The position numbers and the translations under genes were made by a program. 64,000 nucleotides of DNA from a virus (taxonomy: Duplodnaviria; Caudoviricetes): the IMG/VR virus record IMGVR_UViG_2511231200_000001. The stretch is one strand, 5' to 3'. The notes beneath the pieces are model-generated. The model did not search any database. It worked only from the letters and a program-made list of their open reading frames with translations, and had not been told where the DNA came from. Position 1 is the stretch's first letter; every line of letters starts with the position of its first letter. Positions 63,650 to 64,000 of the stretch are shown here, piece by piece.

Positions 63650-64000
63650 TCAGTCCCAGAGGTGCGGGTTGCTGGTCAGGTAGTCGTCCCAGCAGTCCGG
63701 GCAGCGCCAGACGGTCTCGTGCAAAGTGGCGTCGGTGTCGGCGAGGAAGCCCCGGCAGTCGCGGCAACGGGTGACGACCTGTCCGGTGGTCAGCGGAAGC
63801 CCGACCACGGCCGCGGCGGTGCGGTTGAGGATGTTGAGGACGGCCCGACGGGCGGTGATGGGGTGTTCGTCGTAGCCGTCAGCGCCCAGGGCTGAGGCAG
63901 CAGCAGCGGCGTACCTCACTCGCCAGCGGGCCAGGGAGTCGGGCGAGATGACGCGCACGGAAGCCTGCGCAAGCCCTAACGGGCGATTCGTGAGGGTCAT
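63650..64000 (-). CDS. Zn-ribbon protein, 5' end probably outside window
   Basis: CRDC...CPDC. Confidence 0.5.
   Translation of the reverse strand: MTLTNRPLGLAQASVRVISPDSLARWRVRYAAAAASALGADGYDEHPITARRAVLNILNRTAAAVVGLPLTTGQVVTRCRDCRGFLADTDATLHETVWRCPDCWDDYLTSNPHLWD

Larger units (their letters stand above)
1..64000. mobile_element. Prophage/phage genome segment, siphovirus-like, streptomycete-type host; both ends lie outside the window
   Basis: Syntenic terminase-portal-protease-capsid-connector-tail tube-chaperone-tape measure-minor tail order; ssb, RusA and many small ORFs; very high GC with AGGAG-type RBS. Confidence 0.95.

Noticed and set aside
1-64000. tRNA, rRNA, integrase, endolysin, DNA polymerase or IS transposase
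   Set aside because: None recognisable by eye; tRNAscan-SE and HMM searches would be needed to exclude them formally

Overview
The whole 64 kb window is the interior of a high-GC, long-tailed (siphovirus-like) prophage or phage of a streptomycete-type actinobacterium. No integrase, att site or endolysin lies inside the window. Bases 1-24340 (minus strand) hold a complete virion module: membrane/holin-like genes, tail fibre and minor tail, tape measure, tail chaperone with a -1 frameshift extension, tail tube, head-tail connectors, major capsid, protease-scaffold, portal-MuF fusion and terminase. Directly upstream (24352-30266) is a tightly packed, largely translationally coupled 7-deazaguanine DNA-modification operon: ParB-N protein, three tandem DpdA/TGT-like transglycosylase paralogs with different specificity-loop sequences, queC, a deleted gene remnant, queD, queE and folE. 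Bases 30400-58900 are an accessory/early region with strand switches, a plasmid Spd-like membrane-protein cassette and two HTH repressors. Two regulatory repeat families run through this region: at least 18 copies of a 14-bp palindromic operator (AGTCGGTACCGACT, often paired 23 bp apart and inside promoter spacers), and 12 leader stem-loops with variable stems but a conserved CGCACGACC(A/G) loop, always oriented with transcription. Bases 59000-64000 carry ssb, RusA, a SpoU/TrmH methyltransferase and a DGQHR ParB-like gene. The best candidates for undescribed biology are the triplicated DpdA system and the conserved-loop RNA hairpin network. All family assignments are by-eye motif recognition; no searches were run.
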